A stretch of DNA of 62,598 bases, the filler included. It is 7 parts of 7 records of this genome, joined end to end, with 100 filler letters (N's around TTAATTAATTAA, not from the genome) between each part and the next. Parts side by side here need not be neighbours in the genome. Positions count along the whole stretch, not along the records: positions 56,518 to 62,598 come from DRR723986_9690; 6 more parts are not named here. One strand, 5' to 3'. Of this stretch, positions 57,855 to 62,598 are shown in pieces (positions within the stretch are counted from its first letter, which is position 1; each line of letters opens with the position of its first letter). Under the pieces are notes generated by a model. The model searched no databases. It was not told the origin of the DNA and saw only the letters and a program-made list of their open reading frames with translations. Both the position numbers and the translations under genes were made by a program.

Positions 57855-58742
57855 TCAGGGCACCTCGTGTCCGAGGGCGTGGGTGTAGAGTTCAAACCAT
57901 GTCTCCCGGTCCATGGGCACGCGCAGGGCCTCGCCGATGCGCGCGATCCGGGCGGGATCGTTGGTTCCCACTACAGGTAGAATGCGACCAGGATGAGCCA
58001 AGAGCCAGGCAATCGCAACCGATGCGGCATCCGTGCCACAGGCGGCGCCGAGCGCGGCCAGTGTGTCGTGCAGGGCGGCGTGGCCGGGCGAGAAGAGCGC
58101 GCCGCCGCCCAGCGGGGACCATGCCATGACCGGCTGGCCGCGCTGCTGGTGGAAGGAGAGATCGCCGTTGGTCAGCGCGTCCGGGCACAGCAGGCTCAGT
58201 TCGATCTGGTTGGTGACGAGCGGCGCCGTCATCGCCGATTGCAGCAGGTCCACGTCCCATGGCCGGAAGTTCGAGACGCCGACCGCGCGGACCTTGCCCG
58301 AGGCCACCAGCCCGTCCAGCGCCGCGCCGGTGGCGCCCGCGTCCATGAAGGGATCGGGGCGGTGGATCAGCAGCAGGTCGATGCGGTCGGTCTTCATCAG
58401 CCGCAGAGAGGTCTCGACCGAGGTGGCGATATGCGCGGGCGTGGTGTCGTAATGCTTGACCCGGGCGCCCGCGTGGCGCCCGACGGGGGCGACGATGCCG
58501 CATTTCGTGACGATCTCGATCCGGTCGCGCAGGGCGGGCGTCAGGGCGGCGCCAAGGATCTCTTCGGCCTGATAGCCGCCGTAGATGTCGGCCTGATCCA
58601 TGGTGGTGATGCCTTGGTCCAGACAGGCCTGCACCTTGGCCGCGACATGCGCCGGGCTGGTGTCGGCATCGTCGCCCAGCCGCCACATGCCGTAGACGAT
58701 GCGGCTGAAGGTCAGGTCGGGGGCAAGGGTCACGCGGTCCAT
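57855..58742 (-). CDS. smoB: Aldo/keto reductase (SmoB-like 6-oxo-glucose reductase)
   Basis: True start MDRVTLAPDL at 58742 overlaps the monooxygenase stop. Motifs YGMWR, DQADIYG, IVTKCG, LLIHRPD, GVSNF and MAWSPL. Confidence 0.82.
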   Translation of the reverse strand: MDRVTLAPDLTFSRIVYGMWRLGDDADTSPAHVAAKVQACLDQGITTMDQADIYGGYQAEEILGAALTPALRDRIEIVTKCGIVAPVGRHAGARVKHYDTTPAHIATSVETSLRLMKTDRIDLLLIHRPDPFMDAGATGAALDGLVASGKVRAVGVSNFRPWDVDLLQSAMTAPLVTNQIELSLLCPDALTNGDLSFHQQRGQPVMAWSPLGGGALFSPGHAALHDTLAALGAACGTDAASVAIAWLLAHPGRILPVVGTNDPARIARIGEALRVPMDRETWFELYTHALGHEVP

Positions 58743-59896
58743 CAGCGTCGGTCTCCGGCGGCAAGGGGTGTTGCGGGCGGGCCGTCGGGCAGGCGCCCGT
58801 AGGCCTGCGGCAGGGAGCAGGTCTTCATCTGCGGCAGAACGCGGCTGCCGAAGTGGCGGCATTCGTCCAGATGCGGGTAGCCCGACAGGATGAAGGCGCG
58901 GATGCCCATGCGGCGGTACTCTTCGAGTTCCGACAGCACCTGATCGGTCGAGCCGACGATGGCCGCGCCGCAGCCCGACCGCGCCCGGCCGATGCCGGTC
59001 CAGAGGTGGCGTTCCACATAGCCGAACTGGTCCGCGAGATCCCGCGCCCGCGCCTGATGCGCCACCCCCAGAGAGCCGCTGTCCAGCGCGCGTTCGCGGA
59101 TCAGGCGGCCCATCTCGTCGTCGAGTTTCGAGGTGATGTGCTCGGCCCATTCGCGGGCCTCGGCTTCGGTGTCGCGGACGATGACATGCACGCGCAGCCC
59201 GTAGTCCAGCGTCCTGCCGTGACGTTCGGCCACCGCGTTCACGGCCTTCATGCGCTCGGCAATCTGGGCCTTGGGTTCGGGCCACATGAGGTAGACGTCG
59301 CAATGCTGGCCGCACAACTCTAGCGCGTCCGGGGAGTAGCCGCCGAAATACAGCAGCGGCCCGCCGGTCTGCCATGGCCGCGCCGGGTCGGTCGTGAGGC
59401 CGCTGAACTGGTAGACCTCGCCCGCGTAGTCGATGGTGTCGCGGGTCCAGGCTTGCTTGAGGATCTCCACCACCTCGCGCGAGCGGCGGTAGCGGAAGGC
59501 GCTTTCGGCCTTCTCTCCGGGGAAGTCGCTGCTGATGATGTTCACCGTCAGGCGCCCCTGCAGCATGTGGTCCAGCGTCGCCAGCGTGCGCGCCAGCATG
59601 ATCGGCTGCATCTCTCCGCAGCGCACGGCGGCGAGGAAGTTGATGTCGGAGGTGATCGGCGCGCAGCCCGCCACGAAGCTGAGCGTGTCCTGCCCGACCT
59701 GATAGGACGAGGGGCACAGGATGTTGCGAAAGCCCTGCCGTTCGGCCTCTTGCGTGATGGCGGAGCAATGGGCGAAGGACGACCGCAGCCGCCCCTCGGG
59801 CAGGCCGAGAAACTCGTAATCGTCCGAGCAGAGCGCCGCGAACCACGCGACCTCGACGGCGTCCAGATCGGCAGAGGTGATGGGCACGACGGTCAT
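58742..59896 (-). CDS. smoC: Luciferase-like flavin monooxygenase; sulfoquinovose monooxygenase SmoC
   Basis: MTVVPITSADLDAVEVAWFAALCSDDY, NILCPSSYQVGQD, RCGE, YFGGYS and LWTGIGRARSGCG closely match my recollection of Agrobacterium SmoC (Atu3279). The neighbourhood matches smoABCD. Confidence 0.85.
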   Translation of the reverse strand: MTVVPITSADLDAVEVAWFAALCSDDYEFLGLPEGRLRSSFAHCSAITQEAERQGFRNILCPSSYQVGQDTLSFVAGCAPITSDINFLAAVRCGEMQPIMLARTLATLDHMLQGRLTVNIISSDFPGEKAESAFRYRRSREVVEILKQAWTRDTIDYAGEVYQFSGLTTDPARPWQTGGPLLYFGGYSPDALELCGQHCDVYLMWPEPKAQIAERMKAVNAVAERHGRTLDYGLRVHVIVRDTEAEAREWAEHITSKLDDEMGRLIRERALDSGSLGVAHQARARDLADQFGYVERHLWTGIGRARSGCGAAIVGSTDQVLSELEEYRRMGIRAFILSGYPHLDECRHFGSRVLPQMKTCSLPQAYGRLPDGPPATPLAAGDRR

Positions 59897-59977
59897 GGCG
59901 CCTCCGGCGTTGGGATTTCTCTTGCGTAGCAGGCGGGATATTGTAGATCAATACTGTATCAATCCGCGAGGAGCCCG

Positions 59978-60679
59978 ATGCGGGACCGTCACGCCCTGCC
60001 GATCTACCTGCAGATCAGCGAAATGCTGATCCGCGAAATCAACGCCGGGCGGTTGCAGGACGGCGAGCGGCTGCCGCCCGAGCGGGTCTATGCGGCGCGG
60101 CTGGGCATTTCCGTGGGAACCCTGCGCAAGGCGCTGGACGACCTTGCGGAGAAGGGGCTTCTGGCGCGCATCCAGGGGTCCGGCAACTATGTTCGGGCGC
60201 GGGCGGACGTGCAGTCGGTCTATGCCTTCTTCCGGGTCGAGCTGCTGGAGGGCGGGGGCCTGCCCACCGCCGAGGTGCTGTCCATCGACCGGGTGGTGAA
60301 GCCCGAGGGCCTGCCGCCCTTCGGCAAGAGCGCCGAGGCGCATCGCATCCGCCGGCTGCGGCGGCTCAATGGCACGCCTGCGGTGCTCGAGGAGATCTGG
60401 CTGGACGCGTCCTATGCCGCGCGGATCGAGCGGCGCGACCTGTCGGAATCGCTCTACCGGTTCTACCGCGAGCGGCTGCATCTGTGGATCACCCGGGCCG
60501 AGGACCGCATGGGCGTGGAGCCGGTGCCCGACTGGGCGCCCGAGGCCTTTGGTCCGCGCCCCGGCGCCCCCTGCCTCTGCGCCACGCGGGTCAGCTTTGC
60601 ACGCGACGGGGCGCGGGCCGAGGTGTCGCGCGGGTGGATCGACACCACCGTGGCGACCTATGTGGCGCGGCTGACATGA
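59978..60679 (+). CDS. smoD: GntR/HutC-family regulator with UTRA domain (SmoD-like)
   Basis: PIYLQI, RLPPER, SVGTLRKAL and QGSGNYV. Divergent from smoC. Confidence 0.82.
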   Translation: MRDRHALPIYLQISEMLIREINAGRLQDGERLPPERVYAARLGISVGTLRKALDDLAEKGLLARIQGSGNYVRARADVQSVYAFFRVELLEGGGLPTAEVLSIDRVVKPEGLPPFGKSAEAHRIRRLRRLNGTPAVLEEIWLDASYAARIERRDLSESLYRFYRERLHLWITRAEDRMGVEPVPDWAPEAFGPRPGAPCLCATRVSFARDGARAEVSRGWIDTTVATYVARLT

Positions 60680-61761
60680 CCGCGCGACCGCTGAACTACG
60701 GGGTCATCGGCTGCGGCATGATGGGGCAGGAGCATCTGCGCAACATCGCGCTGGTTCCGGGCGCGCGGGTGGCGGCGATCTTCGAGCCCGACGCGGGCAT
60801 GGCCGGGATCGCGCAGGCCATCGCCCCGGAGGCGGTGCCTTGCCCGGACATCGACGCCCTGCTGGCGCTGGACGAGCTGGATTGCCTGCTGGTGGCCAGC
60901 CCCAACCATTGCCACGCCGCGCAGCTCGAAGAGATCGCGCGGCGCCGCCCGCTGCCGGTGATGGTGGAGAAGCCGCTCTATATCCGCGAGGACGAGGCCG
61001 CGCGCGTGGCGGCGCTGGATCTGCCGGTATGGGTGGCGATGGAATACCGCTACATGCCCGCCATTGCGCGCTTTCTCGACCGGATCGAGACGGCAACCGG
61101 CGGCGCCACCATGCTGACCATCCGCGAGCACCGCTTTCCCTTCCTGCCCAAGGTCGGCGACTGGAACCGCTTCAATCGCAACACCGGCGGCACGCTGGTC
61201 GAGAAATGCTGCCATTTCTTCGATCTGATGCGGCTGGCGCTGCGGTCCGACCCGGTGCGGATCATGGCCAGCGGCGGGCAGATGGTGAACCACCTCGACG
61301 AGCGCTACGGCGGCGCGGTGCCGGACATCTGGGACAGCGCCTATGTCATCGTCGATTTCGCCAGCGGCGCGCGCGCCATGCTGGAGCTGTGCATGTACGC
61401 CGAGGGCAGCCGCTTTCAGGAGGATCTGTCCGCCTGCGGGCCGCGAGGCCGGATCGAGGCGCGCGTGCCCGGCCCGGCGCGCTTCTGGTCGCCCGCGCTG
61501 GGGCCCCTGCCGCTGGCCGAGGTCGAGGAGAGCCCGCGCCACCCGCCCGGGCCGCAGGTGACGCGGCTGACGCTCGACCCGGCGCTGATGGCGGCGGGCG
61601 ATCACAACGGGGCGACCTACCACCAGCACCGGGCCTTTGCCGAGGCGGTGCGGGGGCAGGGGCCGTGGTCGGTGGGTCTGGCGGATGGCGCATGGGCGGT
61701 GCGGATGGGTCTGGCGGCGCAGCGCGCGGCCGAAACCGGGCAGGCGGTCCATTTCGAATAA
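60676..61761 (+). CDS. sqgA: Gfo/Idh/MocA-fold protein; probable NAD+-dependent sulfoquinovosidase (GH188)
   Basis: ATGA overlap with smoD. Motifs IGCGMMGQEH, ASPNHCH, VEKP, MEYRY and REHRFPFLPKVGDWNRF...LVEKCCHFFDLM, inside an smo cluster. Confidence 0.72.
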   Translation: MTARPLNYGVIGCGMMGQEHLRNIALVPGARVAAIFEPDAGMAGIAQAIAPEAVPCPDIDALLALDELDCLLVASPNHCHAAQLEEIARRRPLPVMVEKPLYIREDEAARVAALDLPVWVAMEYRYMPAIARFLDRIETATGGATMLTIREHRFPFLPKVGDWNRFNRNTGGTLVEKCCHFFDLMRLALRSDPVRIMASGGQMVNHLDERYGGAVPDIWDSAYVIVDFASGARAMLELCMYAEGSRFQEDLSACGPRGRIEARVPGPARFWSPALGPLPLAEVEESPRHPPGPQVTRLTLDPALMAAGDHNGATYHQHRAFAEAVRGQGPWSVGLADGAWAVRMGLAAQRAAETGQAVHFE

Positions 61762-61956
61762 GGCAGAAATGTGGCGAATGTGCCGCAATTATGCCACAAA
61801 CTCTCCGCCAATCCCCGTTTACGCAGGAATTCCGTGCGTCAATCCTTTTTTGCGACAAATACTGTCTAGCGAATATGTCCGAAGTGAGATAATCATTTCG
61901 AGTGAGGAAACGACCCGGCGCAAAAAGAACGGGCGTAGAGGCAGAGCGGTGTAAGC

Positions 61957-62598
61957 ATGAACGCGATCAATTTCGTGATCCGTACCCGTGCGGGTGCGGT
62001 GGAGCGTGGCTCCGTGGGCGGGGACGAGCAGGCATTCCTGCTCGACGCCGGGACCGGGAACGACATTTCCCTCAACATCGCTCAGGCGGATCTGCGCGGC
62101 TACGACCGTGCCGGAAGCGACCTGCTGATCACGCTGGCGGATGGCCGGGTGATCGTGCTCGAAGGCTACTTCGACGCGGCCGGAACGAGCGAGGCGAACA
62201 GGCTTTTCCTCAGCTCTGACGGGGTGCTGACAGAGGTCGGCTTCATCGAGGCCGAGGGCGGTGCGCTGTTCGCGCAATACGGGCCAAGCGAGACATGGGG
62301 CAAATGGAGCCCCTCGGATGACCTGATCTTCGTCGGCGAGCCGGTGGTGGTGGCGGATGCCCCCTATGTGGCCGAGGACGAGGAGGTCAGCATGCTGGCG
62401 CCCGGTCTCTTGGGCGCAGCGGGGCTTGGCGCTGGCGGCGCGGGCGCCGCGGCGGCGGCCGTGGGCGGCGCCCTCCTGCTGAACGGCGCAGGCGAAGACG
62501 ACGACCGCGACGGTGGCAACGGCAGCGCCGGGGCCGGCGGAGAGGACACCGTGGCTGGCGGGGACGACACCGTGGCCGATGGTGACGACACCGTGGCC
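61957..62598 (+). CDS. N-terminus of a large surface adhesin (BapA prefix-like), truncated
   Basis: Hand translation MNAINFVIRTRAG...ISLNI...YDRAGSDLLITLADGRVIVLEGYF, then an A/G-rich hydrophobic stretch and acidic repeats. Open to the window end. Confidence 0.8.
   Translation, partial: MNAINFVIRTRAGAVERGSVGGDEQAFLLDAGTGNDISLNIAQADLRGYDRAGSDLLITLADGRVIVLEGYFDAAGTSEANRLFLSSDGVLTEVGFIEAEGGALFAQYGPSETWGKWSPSDDLIFVGEPVVVADAPYVAEDEEVSMLAPGLLGAAGLGAGGAGAAAAAVGGALLLNGAGEDDDRDGGNGSAGAGGEDTVAGGDDTVADGDDTVA
62545..62598 (+). repeat. 21-bp (7-aa, DTVAxGD) coding tandem repeat
   Basis: GACACCGTGGC recurs at 62545, 62566 and 62587. Confidence 0.85.

Noticed and set aside
57855-59951. 698-aa ORF suggesting a giant aldo/keto reductase fusion
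   Set aside because: The first ~400 aa are an Arg/Ala-rich off-frame read through smoC in high-GC DNA. The real gene starts at 58742.
60484-60675. N-terminal extension of the Gfo/Idh/MocA ORF
   Set aside because: It overlaps the GntR gene out of frame. The ATGA coupling at 60676 gives a normal Rossmann-fold start.

Overview
The window is not one locus. It is seven unrelated contigs joined by six artificial 100-nt linkers (44 N + TTAATTAATTAA + 44 N) at 10504-10603, 20701-20800, 27360-27459, 37884-37983, 47305-47404 and 56418-56517. (1) 1-10503: alphaproteobacterial integrative-element region. It has a tyrosine integrase apparently cut by an IS end, a 17-bp tRNA-Asn 3'-end (att) remnant, a Dcm-Vsr-MvaI/BcnI-type restriction cassette, a stand-alone OLD nuclease, an orphan gene, a RepA-like helicase with a hairpin/iteron origin candidate, and excisionase-like HTH genes. 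(2) 10604-20700: Marinobacter-like DNA with ECF sigma/anti-sigma, haloacid dehalogenase, AhpD/TetR, a Pho-box-preceded PlcP-like phospholipase, ndh and DoxX/dioxygenase/LysR. (3) 20801-27359: Roseobacter-like core genes (kdsD-lptCAB-hpf-ptsN, L,D-transpeptidase, hemH). (4) 27460-37883: FCB-group (Kapabacteria-like) DNA with plsC, kdsB, two T9SS-exported IgGFc-binding-domain paralogues and a dispersed intergenic repeat family. (5) 37984-47304: siphovirus prophage lysis/neck/tail module with no tail-chaperone gene between tail tube and tape measure. (6) 47405-56417: Roseibium/Labrenzia-like DNA with a non-canonical class III cyclase, a gtrB-gtrA-GT-C cassette and the secA 3' end. (7) 56518-62598: high-GC Rhodobacteraceae-like DNA with a sulfoquinovose monooxygenase cluster (smoABCD), a probable NAD+-dependent GH188 sulfoquinovosidase and the start of a large adhesin. 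All calls, including taxa, come from motif recognition by eye; no database searches were run.
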